Positions 1 to 8,128 of a DNA stretch of 64,000 nucleotides are shown piece after piece (the stretch's first letter is position 1; each line of letters begins with the position of its first letter). Both the position numbers and the translations under genes were made by a program. The stretch is from the IMG/VR virus record IMGVR_UViG_3300044692_000046, positions 31,149-95,148 of that record. The stretch is one strand, 5' to 3'. The stretch is from a virus. The notes beneath the pieces were generated by a model. It was not told the DNA's origin, did not search any database, and worked only from the letters and a program-made list of their open reading frames with translations.

Positions 1-97
1 AACACCGGGCCATCACCGCCGAGAAGCCCTCCCGGTACACCTGCGCCAGGTCGAGGCCACCCTGGTAGAACGCGATGTCGATCGTGAACAGGGTCAT
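1..97 (-). CDS. Endolysin, GH25 muramidase (5' end only)
   Basis: Manual translation MTLFTIDIAFYQGGLDLAQVYREGFSAVMARC resembles the GH25 N-terminal D-I/V-S-x-Y/W-Q motif; ATGA overlap with upstream gene; follows tail genes. Confidence 0.75.
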   Translation of the reverse strand, partial: MTLFTIDIAFYQGGLDLAQVYREGFSAVMARC

Positions 98-594
98 GCC
101 GAGCCCTCCTCGCCGGGAGTGAACTCCCACTCGTCCTTGGCCAGCCGGTCCAACTTCCACACCGGGTACGTGATCGAGTGGATGCCCCGCGCCGCCGCAC
201 GATGGTGGATGTCGCAGAGGATCATCAAGCCACCCTCGGACTCTGCCGCGTTGAGGAAGTCCTCCTGCGAGTGGACGTCCAACTGCGGGAAGTCCGCCGC
301 GACCTTCCGCCAGTCGATCTCGTTGAGACCCGCGAACTCCGCGATATCGTGATGAGCTTCCAGTTGCTTCGCCCCGTGGCAGCGGTGCCCTGCCGGCAGC
401 CCGGAGTGGATCTGGTCGATGGTCGCGCCGCCGATCCAGCAGCCCACTTTCAGCACGTGGATCAGGTGGTGCTGCGCCTGGTGGAAGACGCGGTAGTGCG
501 GGTCGGACTCTCGTGGCCCGTGCGGCGGGTAGGCGGCCAGCTCGTGCAGGGTGCGCCGCTCGTAGTGCGCCGGCGGCGGCTGTTCATCGGCCAT
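94..594 (-). CDS. His/Cys-rich protein, HNH-like metal-binding fold
   Basis: Start reassigned to ATG 594 (overlaps the previous stop); motifs GCWIG, EAHH, LCDIHHR..GIH. Confidence 0.6.
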   Translation of the reverse strand: MADEQPPPAHYERRTLHELAAYPPHGPRESDPHYRVFHQAQHHLIHVLKVGCWIGGATIDQIHSGLPAGHRCHGAKQLEAHHDIAEFAGLNEIDWRKVAADFPQLDVHSQEDFLNAAESEGGLMILCDIHHRAAARGIHSITYPVWKLDRLAKDEWEFTPGEEGSA

Positions 595-899
595 CAGGAC
601 ACCGCGCCGGTCACCGGGTCCACCGTGTACATCACCTGGTCGTTGGTCATGCCGAACCGGCTCAGTGCGATCTGCGGCGCGCTGTCTGCCGGGGCGTACT
701 GGTGGTAGGCGGCTACCACCGCCGTGATGAACGCCTTCGCATTCGCGTCCGTCCAGTCCGCGATGGCGCCCTGAACCGGCTGGTTCCACGGCCCATTGAA
801 CGTGTTGCCGAGGCACACCAGCACCTGGTTGCCGCCGGGGCTGCCGTCGTAGATGGAGAGCTGGTAGGACACCTCGGTGCTTGTGAAGTCCTGGCTCAA
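594..899 (-). CDS. Hypothetical protein, distal tail region
   Basis: ORF with coding-like codon bias, coupled to the downstream gene. Confidence 0.65.
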   Translation of the reverse strand: MSQDFTSTEVSYQLSIYDGSPGGNQVLVCLGNTFNGPWNQPVQGAIADWTDANAKAFITAVVAAYHQYAPADSAPQIALSRFGMTNDQVMYTVDPVTGAVS

Positions 900-910
900 G
901 GCACTGCCTC

Positions 911-1447
911 TCAGGTGTGGACCCAGCGGGTCGTCATGAATGCCTGCACCACGCCCGTTGCGGAGCCGGTGGAGATGGAGCCGCCGTTGTCCTGCAGGGC
1001 CTGCAGCTCGACGTAGTCACCGACGTTGAGGAACACAGTGCGGCCGAGCCCGAAGCCGGTGGCCGACGTGCCGGCGACCATCGTGGACTGACCGCCGTTG
1101 ATCTGGGTGCCGTTGATGGCCCAGATGGACAGACGGCGGCCAGTCGCTGTGCCGGCAACGAGCGTCCAGCCGCCTTCGATCTCGTACCAGCCGGCTGTCT
1201 GGCTCGTGTAGCGGCTGGTGTTGCTGACGGTCGAGTGACCGTTGTCGGAGTCAATGTCCTCGGTGTCGTAGAGCAGGGCGGTGGCCGCGCTGGGGCCCAG
1301 CGACTGCGCAACCGTCTGCCGGAGACAGCACAGGGGCGGCGCCGACAGGTACGCGAACGCGCTCACCGTGTTGTTGTTGATGTTGCTGGCGGTCGCTACC
1401 TCGCCGGTGGCGAACGTGTGCATGGTCGGGATCGTGGCCACGCCCAC
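911..1447 (-). CDS. Short tail fibre / receptor-binding protein, copy 2
   Basis: Beta-rich; paralog of 1475..2011 (IPxMHTFxxGEV, NNNTVSAFA, DTEDxDSDxGHSTVxNTSRYTxQTAGWY, FLNVGDYVE, WxHT). Confidence 0.75.
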   Translation of the reverse strand: MGVATIPTMHTFATGEVATASNINNNTVSAFAYLSAPPLCCLRQTVAQSLGPSAATALLYDTEDIDSDNGHSTVSNTSRYTSQTAGWYEIEGGWTLVAGTATGRRLSIWAINGTQINGGQSTMVAGTSATGFGLGRTVFLNVGDYVELQALQDNGGSISTGSATGVVQAFMTTRWVHT

Positions 1448-1474
1448 CCCCGGATCGGTTGCTGCGGACGGGGG

Positions 1475-2011
1475 TCAGGTGTGTATCCAGCCGATGTTGA
1501 ACGTCGGGAAGCAGTCGCCGCCGGAGGCCAGCGCGTTGAGCGTGATCGTGCCGGAGGTGGCCTGGATGCCGACCTCCACGTAGTCGCCCACGTTGAGGAA
1601 GCGGGTCGCCACAGCTGTCGGCGCGCAGGCGATGCTGGACGATACGTAGCCGCCGGTTTTGCCCGCCAGGAAGCTGGTGCTGCCGTTGGTTTTGAACGCC
1701 ATCTGCACAACCACCGCCGACGCGCTCGACGACAGGCACTGCATGGAGGCCGTCAGGTCATACCATCCGGCCGTCTGCGCCGTGTACCGAGACGTGTTGG
1801 TGACGGTACTGTGGCCGCCGTCGCTGTCCTCGTCCTCCGTGTCGAACAAGACGCTCGCCCATCCGGACAGGGAGGTCTGGAGCACCGTCTGCCGCAGCAC
1901 CGCCAGCGGTGGGGCGCTGGAGAAGGCGAACGCGGAGACCGTGTTGTTGTTCAGGTTGCTGGGCGTCACCACTTCGCCGGCGGTGAAGGTGTGCATGCTG
2001 GGGATGATCAC
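1475..2011 (-). CDS. Short tail fibre / receptor-binding protein, copy 1
   Basis: Paralog of 911..1447; lies after the large tail proteins. Confidence 0.75.
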   Translation of the reverse strand: MIIPSMHTFTAGEVVTPSNLNNNTVSAFAFSSAPPLAVLRQTVLQTSLSGWASVLFDTEDEDSDGGHSTVTNTSRYTAQTAGWYDLTASMQCLSSSASAVVVQMAFKTNGSTSFLAGKTGGYVSSSIACAPTAVATRFLNVGDYVEVGIQATSGTITLNALASGGDCFPTFNIGWIHT

Positions 2012-2026
2012 GCGGCCATCCCCCGA

Positions 2027-2491
2027 TCACCTGCTGATGCGCCACTCGTGGAAGCGGCGCGGGATCTCGGCCAGATGCTCGTGGTTGACCTGCGGCGCGT
2101 CCCAGTCGTGGGGCAGCCAGCCGACCGAGCCGCGGCACCGGGCCTCACGGCAGGAGATCGGCGGCTTGATGTGGTAGGTGTTGCCCTGCTCGTCGTGCCA
2201 CACCGTGTCCAGCCAGACTCGCGGCCACGGGTCCGGCAGGAGTCGCAGCGGCTGGCCGGAGATGTTGTCCAGGTACCAGACGTTCGCGTCGGGCGTCCCG
2301 TCGTCGTTCAGGAACGGGTGCCCCTGAACTGCCGTGACGACCGCCTCGACGAGGTCTCCGAACTGCTGAGCCCGGTACCAGACGATGTCCCCGACCTCGG
2401 GGATCGGTGTCGGTCGCGGCCGGGCGTGCACCGACAGCGTGATCTCCTCGCGGGTCAGGGGCACGGAGCGAAGGTCAGGGTCGTAGTCCAC
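2027..2491 (-). CDS. Hypothetical protein
   Basis: GAGGGGG RBS; fills the gap between tail genes. Confidence 0.65.
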   Translation of the reverse strand: MDYDPDLRSVPLTREEITLSVHARPRPTPIPEVGDIVWYRAQQFGDLVEAVVTAVQGHPFLNDDGTPDANVWYLDNISGQPLRLLPDPWPRVWLDTVWHDEQGNTYHIKPPISCREARCRGSVGWLPHDWDAPQVNHEHLAEIPRRFHEWRISR

Positions 2492-2500
2492 GCCACCCCC

Positions 2501-5008
2501 TCAAAAGGCGCACACGGCGGAGACATCGAGCTGGCCGAACACCGGGTCCCCGACGATCCACACCTGCTGCCGGTCCACCGGGGATGCCTGGATGCCGACG
2601 GTCCACTGCCCGGCAGAGAAGTCGATGCTGTGGTCGAGCTTCTCCAGGAAGAAGTCGTGCGACATGGTGAACACCGGGTTGCGGCGCTTGACCGTGATCC
2701 TCTGGTTGAGCTCCATCCCCAGCACCGTCGCGAACGCCCCGTACGGGTTGGAGCCAGCGTCGATCGTCAAGGCGCCGAGCCGCTCGACCGGTGTCTTGTA
2801 CCGCCACAGCAGGTAGTTCGCGTGGTCGATGGTCTCGGAGTCGTACGCGATCCCGATGGTCTGCGTCAACTGTCGGTCGAAGTTCGCCAGGATCGAGGTC
2901 GGGTCGGTGACGTGCTGGACGATCCCGCCGGATCGGGTGACTTCGACATCGTTGTACACCTGCGTCGGGTCCAGCGAGTAGTTGATGTCGTCCAGGTACG
3001 GGACCTCAAGCTCGCCGAACGTCCACTGCGAGGTGGTGGCCAGGAAGCGGCTGTTGCGGCCCTTGAACCGCAGCGTGCCGCCCGCGTCGACGAAGAGGAA
3101 GCCCTGCTCGCTGATCGCCACGTCGTTCATCACGTCGAGAGCGAAGTTGCCGTTCTGGGCCAGCGAGAACCCCATCGTCGACGACCCCACATCAGCGAAG
3201 CTGGGGATCGTGTAGTAGATGTTCGCCAACCGCGTCACCCGCGTGCCGCTCGACTCGCCCCAGAACCCACCGCCAGCCGTGTTGAGCGTGCTGATCTGGC
3301 TTGAGGACAGCACCGAGTTCCACAGGGCGACATGTGCGATCTCGCCGTCGAACATCTGAGTCACGCGGCCGGTGTCGTTCTCCCCACCCACCATCACCGA
3401 CGTGGCGTTCGACGGGAGCATGCCACCCAGCGAGCTGGTGGTCACAGTCGTCGAGGCCGCCGACGTGCCGTCGATCCAGACCGTGACCGTCGTGTTCGTC
3501 GAGTTCTGCGACACCGTGGACACGATGTGGTGCCAGTTGCCGTCGTTGATCTTCTTGGTGGTGATCGCCTGCACATAGCCAGCGGACGCGCCACCACCCA
3601 CCGCATAGCCAACCTCCGCGACGATCGTCGCGTCGCCCTGCATGAACATACCGATCGGCAGGGTGGTGTTGTTGCCGGTAACCTCCCCGACGAGCGCAAT
3701 GTCGCCGGCGACGTTCGGTGCGACGCCGACCGCGTCACAGTGCACCCAGGCGGCCAAGGTCGCGCCCCACGCTGAGCCCGGCGTAGCAGGAACGGCGACG
3801 ATGCCGGTTGTCTTGTTCGCCGACCGGCCGGCCCCGATCGCGGTGCCGTTGCTGGAAGTCGCCTGGTCGGGGAAGAACTGGGCAGCCACCCCGCCGGGGT
3901 CTCCGGTGATGGCCGACGATTGACCAGCGGAGACCCCGCTGCCCGCACCGTACTTCGACACCATCAGGCCGAGGCTCGGGCCGTTGTTGCCGCTGGCCTC
4001 GGCGAAACTGGAAGCGCCCTGAGGCTCCCAGAGAGGCCAGTAGTAGGCCGGCTGGTAGGACAGGATCTGGTTCGCGACCTCGCCATGGACTGCTTGCTGG
4101 CTCAACACCGCCAGGGAGTCCACGCACGTGATCTCCGCCATCCCGTAGGTGCCCTGGAAATCCCACCGGGACGGCCACCGCTCGACGTAGCCCGTGAACA
4201 CCGAGTACAGCACCGGCCCGCTCGTCGACCAGGTGGTGGCGGTGGCTCCGCTCTCCTGCTGGATGGCGTCCACGTACACGGTGCCCGTGTTGGCCGGGCT
4301 GGGCGCGTACACCCACAGGTTGATGCGGGGCTGCGTCGCCGTCCACGTGACCGTGATGCGCGTCCAGGCTCCCGTGGTGCTCGTGCCCGCACCGGTGGCC
4401 GCGAACGACGCGGGCGGGTCAACGAGGCTAGTGTCGATACCGAGCTGCACCGTGTACGCGGCGGTCAGCCACACGTAGGCGCTGAACGTGTACTGCTGGC
4501 CGGGGGTAACGGTCAGCTTCCAGCGCATCCCCTGCAGGCCGCCGCCGGACGACACCGGCCACGAGACGCTCTGCGTGCCCTGGAACGCCTGCGCAGTGGA
4601 CACCGTGGGGGGCGAGGTCAGGAACCAGTTGATATCCCCCGCCGGCAAGCCACCAACAGCCGCCGCCTCGAATCCCGGGTCCATCTTGGTCAGCATGTTC
4701 GGCCCGCCCGCCGCAGTGTTCGTCGGCGGCCACAGCGCCTGCGTGATGATGCGGCGGTAGGGCACCACGTTCGGGTAATAGGCGGAGGCGGTGTTAGCCG
4801 GGTTGAACGCCTCGTTCGAGTCCAGCAGTACCATGTTCGCGGTGCCGGCCTGGATCGTGTCCAGCTCGTACTGCCGGCCCCGCGTGGTGCTGAGGCTCTG
4901 CACCTGACTGGAGATGTCCGTCCACACCGGCGTCACGTTGCTCGCTGGGCCAGCGTTGAACGCCACCTGCGTGGTGAGGATCGGCCAGTTCGGGTTGGGA
5001 GAGGTCAT
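2501..5008 (-). CDS. Minor tail (tip/hub) protein with CBM-like and LamG/concanavalin domains, copy 2
   Basis: DPGFE..AFQGTQS..YTFSAYV..VYVDAIQ (CBM4/9-like); INDGNWHHIV..FDGEIAHVALWNSVLS (LamG). Confidence 0.85.
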   Translation of the reverse strand: MTSPNPNWPILTTQVAFNAGPASNVTPVWTDISSQVQSLSTTRGRQYELDTIQAGTANMVLLDSNEAFNPANTASAYYPNVVPYRRIITQALWPPTNTAAGGPNMLTKMDPGFEAAAVGGLPAGDINWFLTSPPTVSTAQAFQGTQSVSWPVSSGGGLQGMRWKLTVTPGQQYTFSAYVWLTAAYTVQLGIDTSLVDPPASFAATGAGTSTTGAWTRITVTWTATQPRINLWVYAPSPANTGTVYVDAIQQESGATATTWSTSGPVLYSVFTGYVERWPSRWDFQGTYGMAEITCVDSLAVLSQQAVHGEVANQILSYQPAYYWPLWEPQGASSFAEASGNNGPSLGLMVSKYGAGSGVSAGQSSAITGDPGGVAAQFFPDQATSSNGTAIGAGRSANKTTGIVAVPATPGSAWGATLAAWVHCDAVGVAPNVAGDIALVGEVTGNNTTLPIGMFMQGDATIVAEVGYAVGGGASAGYVQAITTKKINDGNWHHIVSTVSQNSTNTTVTVWIDGTSAASTTVTTSSLGGMLPSNATSVMVGGENDTGRVTQMFDGEIAHVALWNSVLSSSQISTLNTAGGGFWGESSGTRVTRLANIYYTIPSFADVGSSTMGFSLAQNGNFALDVMNDVAISEQGFLFVDAGGTLRFKGRNSRFLATTSQWTFGELEVPYLDDINYSLDPTQVYNDVEVTRSGGIVQHVTDPTSILANFDRQLTQTIGIAYDSETIDHANYLLWRYKTPVERLGALTIDAGSNPYGAFATVLGMELNQRITVKRRNPVFTMSHDFFLEKLDHSIDFSAGQWTVGIQASPVDRQQVWIVGDPVFGQLDVSAVCAF

Positions 5009-5026
5009 GCTCGACCTCCCCCGTGC

Positions 5027-8000
5027 TCACCAGCCCAGCTTGGTTGTGCTGCCGAGCACCCCGAACACAGGATCGTTGAGTAGCCACGCCTGTTGCAGGT
5101 CGGCGGGGCTGGCCTGGACCGACAGATCCCATTCGCCGGCCGCGAAGTTGACGCTCACGTCGAGCTTCTCGATGAAGTAGTCGTCGATGTCGGTGAACGC
5201 CGAGGTGCGGCGCTTCACCGTCGCCCGGTCGTTGAGCTCCATGCCGAGCACCACCGACCACGCGGTCGGCTTGCCGCCTGCGGAGATGGTCAGCGTGTCC
5301 AGTCGGCGCAGCGGCTGCTTGTACCGCGACAAGAGATAGTTCGCGTGGTCTACCGTCTCGCTGTCCGAGGCCGTGTTGACCTCGGCGGTGAGCTGCCGGT
5401 CCCCGTAGGCCAGCATGCTCGGTCCGTCCGTCACGTGGCAGACGGTGCCGCCGTAGAAGTTGTCCGACGAGTTGATGCCCGACTGGAAGTTCAGGTACGA
5501 GGACGCGTACGCGGGCAGCGCCTGCCCACCCACCCGGCTGATCGTGATGTCGTTGTAGACCTGCGTGGGGTCCTCCGAGAACGCCACATCCGCCTCGTAC
5601 GGCGTCTCCTGCTCCCCCAGCGTCCACTTCGGTGTGGCGGTCTGGAACCGGGCGGTGCGCGCCTTGAAGGTGACCGTGCCCGCCTTGTCGGCGTACAGCA
5701 GCCCACCCTCGCCCAGCACTACACCGTTCAGGGCGTCCAGGGCGTAGTTGGCGCGCTGCACCGGGGACACGTCCTGCACCGACTGGCCGGCGTCCACCGC
5801 CGTCGTGCCGGTGAACACGTAGCCCAACCAGCGGCTCACCCGCGCCCCGGACTTCTCGGTGAAGAACGTATACGGCCCCCAGCCGATCTGCCCGGCGGAG
5901 TAGATGTTGCCGATCGCGCCCGACGGCAGCGCCGAGTTCCACAGGCTGACGTGTGCGACCTGACCGTTCCAGGTCTGCCCGGTCAGGCCGAGCGTGGACT
6001 GCCCGCCGACCTGCACGATGCTCGCCCCGGCCGGAAGCTGACCGCCCAGACTCGCTGTGGAGGCTGTGGCGGAGGCATTCTGTGTGTTGTCGACCTGCAG
6101 CGAGACCGTGGTGTTGCCGGCCGGGTCCTGGATGACCTGCGCGACGAACATGCGCATCTTGCCGTCGGCGTCGTTCGTGCCGGTCTCCATCGCGGTGAGC
6201 GTCTGACCGCCCGGCCCTTCGTAGGTGACGAAGGCGTTGCCGTAGTTGGTGGTGAATGCGGACGCCGCGGGCCCGGCCTCGACCTGCATGCCGTCGATGT
6301 AGACGGTGCTGTTGTTGGCGGGCGCCGAGGAGTAGACCCACATGTTCTGCGACGTGCCGTTCGCGGTGAAGCTAACGGTCATCGTGACCCAGGTGTTCAC
6401 CGAGGTCATGCCCGACGAGTTCGCCAGCCACGACGCCGGCGGGATACCCGAGTCGGCCGCCGCGCCCAGCAGCATCGTGTTCGCGGCGGTCTGCCGCACG
6501 CCGCACGAGAACGTGTACTGCTGACCGGAGGTCAGCCCGAACGCCGTGATGAGCACACCCTGCAGCCCGGAACCCGCGCCGATGGGGAACTGTGCGGAGT
6601 TCGCGCCGTACAGGTGCTGCGTGTTGGTGACCGTCATCGCGCCGATCAGCAGCGACCCAAGGTAGGTGGGTGTCGCCCCGGAGGACTGCCCCTCGAAGCT
6701 GGGGTCCTGCTGCCACAGCACGTTCGTTCCGGTCACGCCGATCGTGAGGGGCTGCGCCTGGTTGGAGCCCTGCGGGGGACACACCAGCGTGGCCAGGGTC
6801 TGCGTGGTGCCTTTGCGGCTGTCCGTGGGCAGGTTGGCGCCCGCCCACACGATCAGCGTCGCCGACCAGGAGACGGCCGGGTTCGCCGGGATCGCCTGGA
6901 TGCCCGTCGAGCCGCTGGTGCCGACAGGACCGGCGTTGAGGATCTGGCAGTCCATCTGCGAGGCGTTGGTGTTGTTGCCGGGGGCGAACGTGACCCGCAC
7001 CCCGCCGTTGTCCCCCGGGATCGGCAGAGCCGAGTCGCCCGCCACCAAGCCATTGCCGGCGCCGAACGGGCCGGTGTACACGCTCAGCGGCGGCTGCCCG
7101 GCAAGGGTGGTGTTGGCGAACGCCTGGCTTCCCTGCGGCTCCCACAGGGGCCAGTAGTAGGTGGGGGCCAGTGCCTCGATCTGGTTGGACAGCTCCGAGT
7201 CGAGGGTGGCCTGCGACAGCACACCCAGTGCGTCGACGGCGGTGATCTGACAGATGCCGTAGGTGCCCTGATGATTCCAGGTCGACGGCCAGCGCTCCAC
7301 GAACCCGGCGAAGATCGGGTAGATGACGGGGCCGATGCTCGACCAGGTGGACGCCGAGGAGCCGGTCTCCATCTGGATCGCGTCCAGCCACATCGACCCC
7401 GACAGGGACGGCGCCGTGGACCCCACGTACACCTGATGCGCTGTCGATGTCGCGGTGAACGTCACCGACAGGCGCGTCCACGTGGTCGTGGCGGTGGTGT
7501 TCGTGCCGCCAGCGCCGCCGTTGATGAAGATAGCCGTCGTGTTGCCGGCGGTCTGGTAGACGTAGGCGGAGATAGTGTATTGCTCGCCCGGCACGCACAG
7601 CAGGTTCCAGCCGGTGACCTGCTCCCCCGAGCCGCCCGTCACTGTCCATGCCAGCGACTTGGTGCCCTGGAATGCCTGCGCCGACGAGACGTTCGGGGTG
7701 GTGGCGAACGTGACAATCCACGACGGGACCGCGGTGTACGACTCGAACGACGGGTCATACGGGCCAGGCGCCACCGCCGAGGAGTTCAGCAGGTTCGGGC
7801 CACCGGCCGCAGTGTTACCGGGTGGCCACATCGCGGCCAAGGCCAGCCGCCGGTACGGCACCACGTTCGGGTAGAACGGACTGGCGGTGTTGGCCGGGTT
7901 GAGCTGCTCGTCGGAGTCTCTCAGAGTCGCCGTGAACTCGCCGGCCTGCACCTGATCCAACTCGTACTGCCGGCCGCGCGAGACGGTGAAGTCCAGCAGC

Positions 8001-8110
8001 CGGTCGGTCAGGTCCGTCCAGGTCGGCGTGCCCGCGGCCGGGTCATTCGGGTTGATGTTGAATGCGACCTTGCACCACAGCAGCGGCCAGTTCGGGTTCG
8101 GGGAAGACAT
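5027..8110 (-). CDS. Minor tail (tip/hub) protein with two CBM-like modules and LamG, copy 1
   Basis: Directly after tape measure; same scaffold as 2501..5008; two DPSFE...D(A/G)xQxE modules. Confidence 0.85.
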   Translation of the reverse strand: MSSPNPNWPLLWCKVAFNINPNDPAAGTPTWTDLTDRLLDFTVSRGRQYELDQVQAGEFTATLRDSDEQLNPANTASPFYPNVVPYRRLALAAMWPPGNTAAGGPNLLNSSAVAPGPYDPSFESYTAVPSWIVTFATTPNVSSAQAFQGTKSLAWTVTGGSGEQVTGWNLLCVPGEQYTISAYVYQTAGNTTAIFINGGAGGTNTTATTTWTRLSVTFTATSTAHQVYVGSTAPSLSGSMWLDAIQMETGSSASTWSSIGPVIYPIFAGFVERWPSTWNHQGTYGICQITAVDALGVLSQATLDSELSNQIEALAPTYYWPLWEPQGSQAFANTTLAGQPPLSVYTGPFGAGNGLVAGDSALPIPGDNGGVRVTFAPGNNTNASQMDCQILNAGPVGTSGSTGIQAIPANPAVSWSATLIVWAGANLPTDSRKGTTQTLATLVCPPQGSNQAQPLTIGVTGTNVLWQQDPSFEGQSSGATPTYLGSLLIGAMTVTNTQHLYGANSAQFPIGAGSGLQGVLITAFGLTSGQQYTFSCGVRQTAANTMLLGAAADSGIPPASWLANSSGMTSVNTWVTMTVSFTANGTSQNMWVYSSAPANNSTVYIDGMQVEAGPAASAFTTNYGNAFVTYEGPGGQTLTAMETGTNDADGKMRMFVAQVIQDPAGNTTVSLQVDNTQNASATASTASLGGQLPAGASIVQVGGQSTLGLTGQTWNGQVAHVSLWNSALPSGAIGNIYSAGQIGWGPYTFFTEKSGARVSRWLGYVFTGTTAVDAGQSVQDVSPVQRANYALDALNGVVLGEGGLLYADKAGTVTFKARTARFQTATPKWTLGEQETPYEADVAFSEDPTQVYNDITISRVGGQALPAYASSYLNFQSGINSSDNFYGGTVCHVTDGPSMLAYGDRQLTAEVNTASDSETVDHANYLLSRYKQPLRRLDTLTISAGGKPTAWSVVLGMELNDRATVKRRTSAFTDIDDYFIEKLDVSVNFAAGEWDLSVQASPADLQQAWLLNDPVFGVLGSTTKLGW

Positions 8111-8128
8111 CCAGCCCTCCCCGAACCG

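Noticed and set aside
911-8110. Diversity-generating retroelement or invertible tail-fibre switch
   Set aside because: No reverse transcriptase in the window, the paralogs differ at all base types rather than only adenines, all copies are in the same orientation, and there is no adjacent invertase.
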